From Octopus bimaculoides (taxonomy: Eukaryota): a DNA stretch of 64,000 bases. Location: NCBI RefSeq assembly GCF_001194135.2, contig NC_068984.1:40092852-40156851 (forward strand), in the 5' to 3' direction. The translations under genes and the position numbers were made by a program. The notes under the pieces were generated by a model, which saw nothing but the letters and a program-made list of their open reading frames with translations, had not been told where the DNA came from and ran no database searches. Shown here piece after piece: positions 53,876 to 64,000 of the stretch. Positions within the stretch are counted from its first letter, which is position 1; every line of letters starts with the position of its first letter.

Positions 53876-54751
53876 GTATGCCAACCATTATTTTATTTGT
53901 TTCTATATTTTATAAGTTCTAACATCTTCATCATCATCAACATTGTCATCATCATCATCATCATCTAGTGTCTATTTTTCGATGCTTGCATGGATCAGAT
54001 TGAGTTTTTCAAAGCAGATTTTCCATGACCGGATGCTCTTCTTGTCACCAACCCTCACCTGTTTCCAAGCAAGGTAATATTTCCCTATGGCCAGACATCT
54101 AGAAACAAACTTGTAAGAAGTGTTCTGTATTTTTTAAAAATTAATTATTACCAAGTAGAATAAGATATAATGATAAAACAAAAATGAAATAGCATTTTTT
54201 GTTTTGGGAAATTATATTTCCTCTGCAAAATAATTTTGAAATTAAAGTTCACAGACTAGCTCTATTCAACATGTCAGATGTGAGGCAAGCTACAAGTCAA
54301 ATGAAAAATGAAATCAGTTACATGAAAGTCAAATATTTTGTTCATTCATTGGAATGGCTGTACTTGGAATAATTCTTAACATCACTAGCCATTTAACAAA
54401 ATGCTTGAAAATATGTGTGATTTTTGAAAACATTAAAGTTTATTCTATTCATTGCTTTATTGTTACTGAGTAGAGAATTCAAGAAGGACACCAAATACTT
54501 AGCTGATTCATCTTTTAGATTTTGGAATATTAATGTAAGGAATTTATGTGAAAGCTTTCTATTTAGATGACTTGGAAGCTATTATCTTCTAAAATATTTT
54601 GCTAATCAAATTGGTTTTGGCATTTCAAAAAATTAATATAATATTCATTTAAATTACAAATCAGACTAATTTCTGTATGTGAACTCTTGTTTTCAGTTTA
54701 TTAAACTTTAAAAAAAAAAATGCTTATTTAAATTTGACTTTTATATTTCAG

Positions 54752-54916
54752 GGTTTTGAACTGCTGAAAATTTCCCTAAATGATGATTCTGAGAAAGTGT
54801 GCTGTGCAGCTCGTCAAGTGTTTCTGCCATCTTTTGCTTTGTGGGCTGTACATCTCCACAAGCTGGAGTATGAATTGCTCCACTCTTTCCTGCGAGAACT
54901 GGAGGACCTAGTTAAG
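54752..54916 (+). CDS. RELCH: RELCH HEAT exon: GFELLKISLNDDSEKVCCAARQVFLPSFALWAVHLHKLEYELLHSFLRELEDLVK (3' end uncertain: GC donor after 54916 or GT after 54910)
   Basis: tatttcag acceptor; gap-free alignment to human GFELLLSALGDPSERVVSATHQVFLPAYAAW...KIEKLLR. Confidence 0.9.
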
Positions 54917-56511
54917 GCACTTCCTTCTTTCTGCTTTTCTGCTTTATGCTTAGCTCTACAGACTCAACTTCCACTTTCCTTAAAACACATAATTTACTTA
55001 GAAACTTTTGGGTTGACTTTTAATTAATTATTTTTTTAGTTTTATTTAATTAAAATTCTGAAGTTAGAACATTGTTTTCCGTTATTTCAATTTTCATTCA
55101 TTTTCACTACTCAAATTTAATCAACTCTTGTAACTCATCTAATAATTAACAACTAAACATTTATTCAAATAAGTGGATGTTAAATGACGATAATGATATT
55201 AGAATAACATAAAATGCCACAACATGGCTCCAATCATTGTATTTCTAATTGTTCATATAATTTCTTAAGACAGCATTCATACTAAGGAGTCACTTCAAAA
55301 TTACTTTCGAACCTTGGGAGATCCTGTCTGATGATTGTAGCTGGAATTTTTGTCAGACGTTAAAATATGCAGAAGCAACTTGATATCATTTCCATACAGC
55401 TGTGAGGTTTGAGATTTGCATGGACAACTTACAGTGTTATTAGTTATTTGGTAAATAAAATGGAAGTACATGGAGTATATTGTGAGGAGGAGTGTGGGGA
55501 GAAAATAGGAAATGATAAAATAACCATAAAGTAAGAACTATCTGGAAAAAGATGATGCAACACACTAACAAGAAGGAAACCTTTAGATATTGAACCAAGA
55601 AACAAACAAGTGGTACTGACTAGATACAGTGAGGAATGGAAAATTGCAGAGCATATGTTCTATGTGCTGTTAGGGGACAAATATATGAAGTAAATATGAG
55701 ATAATGATAAGGGGTAACTAAGCAATAAAATGTTAAAAATAGAATTGCCTTCTAAAATGTGATAGTAAAAAATAGTAAATGAAATTCAACTGATTTTTTA
55801 AAAATATGGCTTTTAAACACAGGAAAAGCGATATAACTTGACAAATGTTAGGTTCTAAGAATAACAAAACAAAAAAAAACATTAAGTTCTGAGGATATTA
55901 TTTTCCCAGAAATCTGTATTAATAAGAGATTATGTCTGGAGATTATTAGATGTATGTATGTGTTCATCCATTGGAAACTTATAGAAATGTTTGTATGCAT
56001 CAAAAACCACTTCTGTTCATGCAAAAGGTTCTAAGAGAGAAATCGTTATCCCAGAATTCTAAAAATCATTGGGGGGGTGCCATTTTTGGTGTGTCTTGGA
56101 TAATGACATTACTGGTAGTATCCATTTCCACTTCACTGATCCATGTGAAGATCTATGCTCAGCTCTCATGCTCATGAGATGCACAAGGTGTATAATGTCA
56201 CTGTAGATAACCTGTGCCTCCCCATTGTAGTGTTGTCCTTTGATAAGATATGTTAGTCTATTTAAGTGTCTTAGACAATTTTTAACTGAATTAACTCTTT
56301 TTAAACATATTAACATTTTTATATTTCAAATTTTCATTTTGGATGTAGGTAAGTAATAGATCAACCCTAAATTTTCTATGTTAATATGTGTAACATTTTA
56401 AATTCATAGTATTTGGATCTAACAATAAGTACTATATCTAATTTAAATATCTTACTCACACAGTTTTAACCTGTGGTGGTGTGTTAAACCTATAATCATG
56501 CATTAATGCAC

Positions 56512-56545
<34 letters not shown>

Positions 56546-56772
56546 GGGTTTAGTTCACTGGTGATCTAAATGAATACGTGTGTTGAGTAAGTGCTATAAT
56601 TGGTCATCCGTTAGGTTCCAAGTTCACGTCTGAGGCTGGAGCTAAGGATCTGTATTAGGCTTCCAAGTTAGCAGGTATATATTATATTAGAGGAAAAAGG
56701 ACAACAAAAACCAAGGCAGGATAGGTATCTCAAGTTATTTAGAATGTTTAATTAGGGTAAGGTGAATTTGAA

Positions 56773-56848
56773 GTCTTACAGCTGTTTCTGTGATATCCCA
56801 AGTGATAGGCTAGCATGTCCATACACTGGGTGATCCGTCATCAGAGAC
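56773..56848 (-). ncRNA. Minimal type I hammerhead ribozyme motif, copy 1
   Basis: Minus strand: GUCU-CUGAUGA-[cggaucaccca..26 nt..ugggauaucaca]-GAAAC-AGCU-GUA|AGAC. Palindromic stem III loop; stem II partly mismatched. Confidence 0.75.
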
Positions 56849-58117
56849 AAGGTGAGTATGTATGAAAGTCCTAGACAGGGAAATTCACAGTCTATAATGA
56901 ATAAAATAGTAGATAGAAGAATAAAGAGTAAAGCAGTAGATAGAAGAGGATAGACAGGAAAATAAAGTTCACAGTTCATCTTCCAGAGGGTATGGAGATT
57001 GGTCCATACTTCTATGAAGGTATAGCCTCTTAGGTATAATCCCGGGTAAATCCAGGCAGTATTTTGAATGTTGTGTTCATGTTGAAGGAATAGAATTAAG
57101 TGGTTAACTAGCATGAAAATGGTCCACATGGGTATATAGAGTGCAAAAGACAGTCATCATGAGAGACAGATATGGCTTGTGAGAGAGTGAATAGATGAGA
57201 GAAGGGAGAAAAGAAAGGAATGGGATAGGTGTGGGAAAGAATGAATGAGGGTGAGAGTAAAATAAAATTTTAAAAAATCAAAAAAAATAAAATGCCAGTA
57301 TTATTCTTCGTAAAGGTTGGTTAGGGGTGAGAGATCAGGCATTAAGGTTTTAGTAAAGTGGAGGAGGAAGGCATTTATGTCTATTAATTAAATAGGTTTG
57401 GTGTGGTCAGAAAAATAATTTAGTTCATTGGTCAGTAGGGATAGCTAAAAATAGAACCTAGCTTAAGGGAGTATATATAGGATAAAATACAATTAACAGG
57501 ATAAAGGATTGAAATTAAAGAATAAAAATTAAAAAAGGTTATAGATTAAAAGAATAAAAATTAGAAAAATGGAAAAAGATTATTGCAGCTAGCTAGCTTT
57601 TAAGATATCTAACTGACCCTTATGAAGAATAATGCTGGCATCTTATTTTTATTTTTGATTTTTTGATTTTTAAAAAAAAATATTTTATTAAAAAATTTTT
57701 TTAATTTTATTCTCGCCCTCATTCTGTCCCACACCTATCCCATTCCTTTCTTTTCTCTCTTTCCCCTCTCTTCTCTATTCACTCACAACCTATATCTGTC
57801 TATCATGACGTCTGTCTTTCTCACTCTATATACCCACATGGAGCATTTTCATGCTCACTAACCACTTAATTCTATCCCTTCAACATGAATGCAACATTCA
57901 AAATACTGCCTGGATTTACCTGGAATTATACCTAAGGGCCTATACCTTCATGGAAGTACGAACCAACCTCCATACCCTCTGAAAAAGATGAACTGTGAAC
58001 TTATTCTCTTGTCTGTATTCTTCTATCTACTGCTTTACTCTTTATTCTTCTATCTACTATTTTATTCCTTGTAGACTGTGTATTTCCCTGTCTAGAACTT
58101 TCATACATACTCACCTT

Positions 58118-58193
58118 GTCTCTGATGATGGAATACCCAGTGTACGGACATGCTAGCCTAAAGCTTGGGATATTCCAGAAACAACTGTAAGAC
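58118..58193 (+). ncRNA. Minimal type I hammerhead ribozyme motif, copy 2 (sense to RELCH pre-mRNA)
   Basis: GUCU(58118-21)-CUGAUGA(58122-28)-stem II UGGAAUACCCA/UGGGAUAUUCCA-GAAA(58178-81)-C-AACU-GUA(58187-89)|AGAC. Stem I GUCU/AGAC; predicted cut after 58189. Confidence 0.8.
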
Positions 58194-59172
58194 TTCAAAT
58201 TCACCTTACCCTAACTAAATATTCTAAATGACTTGAGATAGCTGTTCTGCCTTGGTTTTTGTTGTTCTTTTTCCTCTAATATAAATATATGTATATATAT
58301 ATCTGTATACGTACACAACAGGTTTCTGCACAGTGTCAGTCTATCAAATTCTATTCACATGGTATTAATCAAACCAAAGTGATTGTAGAAGAGCCATGCT
58401 TGTTCCTATTTGTGAAGTTTATATAGAGAATGGATAGTATTTAAGTCCTTGTTAATAATTGTATTCATTTGAGTTTAATAAATGGAAATTTCAATTAGTG
58501 TAGCCAATTGTTAACACAGAACTGACTATATTGAAGTCTGGTTTAATCAACTAGTTTTACAACTCATTAACATATGGAGGACACTACTGTATTTTTCAAG
58601 TGAACAAACATGAAGAAGAAAGACAATCAAAGTGTAAGTTCAGCCTAATCTGGGCAAGGGTCAAATAGTTTTACTTTTGAAATTTGACCAATGAACCCAA
58701 ACCAAATAAAAACAAAATTAAAAAAGTAAAAAACATGTACGAACAAAAAAGCTAGCTGTATCTGTTTTTTTTTTTCACTTTCACCTGTTAAAAGTTCTGT
58801 TATACATTTTACAAAAGAAATTTTAAAGTCCAGTGGACTTCATCACTGCTTTGCATTATTATTTATTATATTAATTTATTGTTAGCATCCATTTAATATT
58901 TCACAATATAGTGTTAACATTAATATTTTTCTTCATTTATTAGAATTTTTCTTTATTATTATTTTGGCCTATTCTTATTATGAAAGTAAAAAGAAATTTA
59001 TAACACTTGACAAATTTTTTTCCAAAAGGAAAATGACTTGTTGTTAGTAAATTAGTTTTCATAATTTTCATTATTTTAAAGTTCATGATAAATGGAAGTT
59101 GAGTCTTTTCTAGTTTAGAGATAGATACGTAACCACTATTTTTAGTTTAAATTCTGAGCTTACATTTTGCAG

Positions 59173-59214
59173 GCTAAAGGTTTGCTGATAGAAGCTACAT
59201 CATTGGAAAATCAG
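59173..59214 (+). CDS. RELCH: Candidate 42-nt RELCH exon, phase 0-0: AKGLLIEATSLENQ
   Basis: tacattttgcag acceptor, CAG|gttttt donor, open and in phase with the previous exon; only weak similarity to human EGEHGLDEHK. Confidence 0.5.
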
Positions 59215-59647
59215 GTTTTTATATTTATTGTGGGATATTTTTAAATTCCTTTAATACAAGGTTTTTGTTCCTCTACATTTTTTCATGAGCCTGGTGGTGG
59301 GTATTTGCTTTAATCTTCTCACCGTTTATTTTTCTCCATTTTGTGTCAGCTCATAATTTTTGCATATTTTCTCAGTATTTATGTTTTGCTATAATTGTTT
59401 TTCATTAAAAAAATTTTTTTTTTTTATTCAGTTATAGCACATAGCTACAAAATTATGCTATTAAAGAAGTAATTTAATTTTTAAAAAATCAGGTTAGATC
59501 AAATTGATAAAGATTGGAACATGGAATTTTGAAATTTCTCAGTTCTTATAGATATTTACCAAAGTTATTTTGTTCACATAACTTTAAGCTCCAACATGTA
59601 GATATTGATTAATCAAGGAATCCCAATACACACACGCACACACACAC

Positions 59648-59822
59648 TTTATTTGTTGGTTAACAAGGCGACCAATGGTTTCATGTGAAGGGATGTTCAC
59701 AATTGTTCAAGTATACCAGATGGAAGTGTTGGTACTCGTAACACTACCATGTGGCATGCTTGAACAATTTTGAAGATCTCTTCACATGAAACCATTGGTT
59801 ACCTTGTTAACCCACAAATAAA
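59648..59822. repeat. Near-perfect palindrome: 83-bp arms, 9-nt loop (MITE-like fold-back)
   Basis: 59648-59730 is the reverse complement of 59740-59822, with ~10 mismatches. Confidence 0.93.
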
Positions 59823-59883
59823 GAATATCTATCCACTAATGCAGCATTGAGCACCCATTCTCACTGTTTGATATTAGCGGACG

Positions 59884-59921
<38 letters not shown>

Positions 59922-62900
59922 TATTTATTTTATTTTACTTATTTCAGTCATTAGATGGTGGCCATGCTGTCCTCTTCATCGATTTAACTGCTACTTTTTT
60001 TTAAGCTTGAATTGGAAACAGGTAAAGGTTGGTGACAGGAAGGATATCCAGCTATAGAAAACCTATCTCAATAAGCTCTGTCCAACTCAAGCCAAGTAAC
60101 ATATATGAACACTGACAACCCATGCAACTTATGCCAGCATGGAAATTGGATGTATGATGATGATATTTATATGTAAATGCTGGTGTCACATGACTGACAC
60201 CTGTGCTGGTGACACGTAAAATGTACCCTTTGAACATTGGGCCTCTCAGTGGCAATGATAAGTGACTGAGACCATTTGGCAATACGTCATGCTTGAGAAG
60301 ACCCAACAAGCCAAGTGAAATCATAGTTATGGCTGATGCTGGTGTCACATAAAAAAAACACCCATTACACTCTTCGAGTGGTTGGCATTAAGAAGGGCAT
60401 CCAACCATAGAAACCATGCCAAATCAGATTGGAACCTGGTGCAGCCCTCCAGCTTACCAGTTTCAGTCAAACCATCTAACCCATGTCAGCATAGATAGCT
60501 GATGCTAAATAATGATGATGGTATGTTGTCATTGCCAGCAGCTNNNNNNNNNNNNNNNNNNNNNNNNNNNNNNNNNNNNNNNNNNNNNNNNNNNNNNNNN
60601 NNNNNNNNNNNNCCTTGTTCTATTCCGCACATTCCTCCTGGATCTGACTGCAATGGAACATTATATTCATAGTGCTTTTTTCCCTTTGGGAACCACATAA
60701 AGTTACATGCAGAACAACTGATTTTCTTAACTCAGTCTATTAAGCAGCACTCTTGTGGGAATCTTCCTGATTTTAGCTAATAGAGAAATCCTTCAGTAGT
60801 TCTTGCATTCATTCTTATTACCCTTATTGTATATAGGGTGGATGCTAGCAGCCTTCCAGTCCTGTAGGATAACATCATCTTCCCAAGATTTCATCATCAA
60901 TTGCTGGATCAGTTGAATGATCGGTCGATGCACCCAGAATTGTGATGTAGTTTGCTTAAAGCATTGTAGAATATTTAGAAAGTCTATGTATTTTAAAAGG
61001 CTATAGCTATGCAGTTCGAATGCTAACTATCAATAGTAGCAATAACAAAGATATTGGCCTATTACCGTAGTAATATTTAATTAGTCCTGGACTTTCAGGT
61101 AAAATACCTTTTTTACAAAGGTATTAAGAAAGATAAAAATATCTGAATCATTTTATACATCTATTAGGTTGGCATTAGGTTTATACATCTATTAGGTTAT
61201 TGTATCTATCTACCTGTGTGTGTGTTACAGAAAAATTCCTTTTAACTGGCACACCATTGTGTTAGTGTTTGTGTGTATTACTCAAATTGTTAAGGATAGA
61301 CATGAAAGATAAACACAGTAAAAGTTCTTGGAATTATTTATTCTAAAATTCCCTTCTTCACTTTTACCAATTTTCACTTGCTTTGTTTTATTTTTTGCAT
61401 TTTTTCATGTGGCTTTCCAAAAAAAATTTTTTCATTCATTTATTGTTTGAGTTCTTGTTCACTGGGAAATTGTTTCCCCTCCAAATGTACATTGCTTTAA
61501 ATATTCAATAAACACATTTTTCTTGATTTTAAAAACAAACATCGAACATCTTTTATCTTATGCATCCCACCACCATTTTTTTCTTTAAATCAATATCTTT
61601 CATAAGGAAGGCAGCACTTCTCTGAGATGGATAATTTTCAATATAATTTTGAAATGCTTGATAGATATATCATTCATAATATTCTTTTGATTGTAATATA
61701 GATAGCAAGCAACATTTAAATAAAATTCAAATTATTCTCTCTTGCTACTCACTCATCTTCTCTTTATCTTCCTGTATCTTTTAAAATTTCTTTCTGACAA
61801 GAAAAGAAAGAAGTAGAGACTTTGATTTATATGTCTTTTAGGATGAAAAAAAAATCTTTTTGAAGTAGGCTTGTTGCCAAAAAGAAAAGGGGAAGAAATG
61901 TTCCCCCTGTCTGTGAAACATCTGCTTAACTAAGTATTAGGTAAATGGGTGACAGCATATTCAATGCATGAAGTATTAGAATGCTAAAGTAAAATATGGT
62001 GGAAGAAAGAATAGTCTACAGCTAATATTTTTTGCATTTTTTTTCCTGCCAAATATAAAAGATTATTTTGGATATATTTTTGGTGCCATCAGTAAAACAC
62101 TTCCATACTGAAACATGGTGAAAAGGTAGTGAATAAATTGCTTAATAAAAATATAGAAATGTGTATTTTTATCATCAAAAGATGGAATTGTTTACAAATT
62201 AAATAACTGAGATGTTTTTCACACAGTAGATGATATGTTGATGGATGACAGAATATCTTATGAAAAGAGCAGACTCCTTACAAAGAGTGAACACCAAACT
62301 GCTGTACAAATGAGAAAATATTCTGTTTCTTGGTTAACAGTGAAATATTTATATCTGTATTTTTGTATGGATGTGATATTGATATTTGATGTAATAGTTT
62401 TTATAATACATAGTAATAGCTTCTATTTCTCTTATATATAGTCTGGCTCCACAGTCATAGAGAAAAGATAAAATTCTAAACATTTGCACATTTTTATGCT
62501 CATTTTCCAATTGAGGAGCACTTTTTCTTTATCTCTAATCATGAATTTTTTTTTTTTTTTAAATTAAAAAATATTGTTTTGAAACAAAGAAAAATGTGTT
62601 TTAATTAAAATCTTTTAACACCTAGAATGAATTGAGATTTACACATAAATTGTAGACACGTGTCTCTTAATTAAGGACCTTCATCTATCTTAAATATCTT
62701 GTAATTATTGCTCACAGGTAGACAGTAAGTATCAGAAAGAGGTTTATATAAGAATGAGACTAAAAATTGACATGTTTCTTCAATGCTAACTGCTGTAAAG
62801 TAAATTTATTAGAGTTATAATTCGTTAAAAAAATGTAACATATTCTAGCAATGATACAAATCAAATTATTTTGAGAGGATGTTGATGAAGGAAATAGACA

Positions 62901-64000
62901 TCAAGAAAAATCAAGGAAATGACAAAACAATAACAATAATTGTTATAATGGTAACAGTGGTTATAATGATATTTAACCCCAAAAAGAGGAAAACTTTTGC
63001 TTTCTGATTTACAACTTCATCTTTTGGCACCTAAAGATTTTAAACTTTGGTTGATCATCAAAGTACAAGATATTGATAAAATTCTTACACTACTGTGTCT
63101 TGTAATAGTATCACTTCTTCTGAATTTGTTGCTATGTGTCTGAGTAAATGATTAAAATTCTTTAAATATATTTTAATTAAAATTTCAAATGTAGTTCTGT
63201 ATTTATCAAAATTCCAAAATTGTTAGCCTCATGCTACAAATAAATATATTGTTTTACATTTAAAATTGTTTATAGTAATAATGTGATTTATAAGAATATT
63301 ATAATGTTTATAGTCATATGATCTAATGATATCTGATTACCATTGTAATTATTGAAGTCATATTAGTTTGTGATACTTCTATTGCCTTTGTATTCTTTGG
63401 TGTGTATCAGTTTTTTTTAGCAAATTTAGTGGTAAAGGATGAAACATAAGAATTATTTATTTATTTAATTATTGATTGATCGACCATTTATAAAGTTTTC
63501 TAATTTGTACATTTTTATTAGAAGAACCAGTACCTTTTAAATATTTAAAGAAAATAGATCTTTTCCAATTGTAAAATGTGAGAAGACAAAACTTTATTGA
63601 TCATTTACTTCAAAGGATTTATAAAATTCATTTTGGCTTAAGTTTCACCTGTCTGCTTTTCAACCAGAGTGATTGCATAAGCTGCTAGATAAAACTTAAA
63701 GTCCCAGTTAAATAAAATATTATTCTAGATATGACTCGATTTTCCATATACTGAGTCTCCTCTTCAGTAAATATTCTGTTGTTATTTTGGGGGTTTGCTT
63801 AAGCTTTAATTAACATTCTCAAAGAACTTATATTTTGATAAAGATATTTTATTTAAAATGATCTTTCAGTTATGATAATTGTGATTTCTATAATTTTAGT
63901 AATATTTACATTTAAATGTTGTTTTGAAAACGGTGATGATTGCATGTAATGCAATATGTAATAAAATTTGCAAGACTTTTTTGTTAGGTATTCCTATATT

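Larger units (their letters stand above)
56676..58290. mobile_element. Large inverted repeat (arms ~56676-57324 and ~57609-58290, 284-bp spacer), probably Penelope-like/retrozyme-derived
   Basis: The arms are reverse complements over ~650 bp (roughly 85% identity by eye). Each carries a hammerhead motif and ends in AT-rich sequence at its outer edge. Confidence 0.9.
23751..59214 (+). other. RELCH: Partial multi-exon gene, RELCH/KIAA1468 orthologue (LisH, coiled-coil, HEAT repeats)
   Basis: 13 AG/GT-bounded exons (one donor possibly GC) splice in one continuous frame. The peptides match recalled vertebrate RELCH motifs (TLDSLDFARYSDDG, VLEFELRKA, ALNFLVNE, DWDDVGLNIPKPP, RCLPHIVP, ELIPLILCT, ELLPQCWEQ, EIRSSLVLSMLQQML). 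Confidence 0.95.

Noticed and set aside
62235-62441. 68-aa ORF MLMDDRISYEKSRLL... near a cacag acceptor
   Set aside because: Wrong phase for the next RELCH exon, no recognisable homology and no convincing donor.

Overview
AT-rich, repeat-dense eukaryotic genomic DNA with 7 N-gaps. The SINE and RTE repeat families point to an octopod cephalopod, probably Octopus (inference). The one host gene I can support is a + strand orthologue of RELCH/KIAA1468 (RAB11-binding, LisH/coiled-coil/HEAT protein). It has 13 phase-consistent coding exons between 23751 and ~54916 (~515 aa) and a possible 42-nt exon at 59173-59214. The first coding exon and the C-terminal half are not visible in the window. The introns are packed with transposon relics: a Helitron 3' end, a hAT-type MITE with an 8-bp TSD, a Tigger/pogo element carrying a nested maT-type element, a mariner fragment, several RTE and CR1/Jockey-group LINE fragments, and many tRNA-derived SINEs. 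The most striking object is a ~1.6-kb head-to-head inverted repeat (56676-58290, arms ~650-680 bp) in a RELCH intron. Each arm carries a minimal type I hammerhead ribozyme motif (CUGAUGA-stem II-GAAAC-GUA) of the kind described in Penelope-like elements and retrozymes. The copy on the RELCH sense strand differs from the palindromic dimerisation loop by one A, which would sit in an A-C mismatch in the fold-back duplex (a candidate ADAR site). Two more near-perfect intronic fold-backs, a twin-priming-like inverted RTE insertion and some unusual splice sites are also noted. All calls were read by eye; no searches were run.
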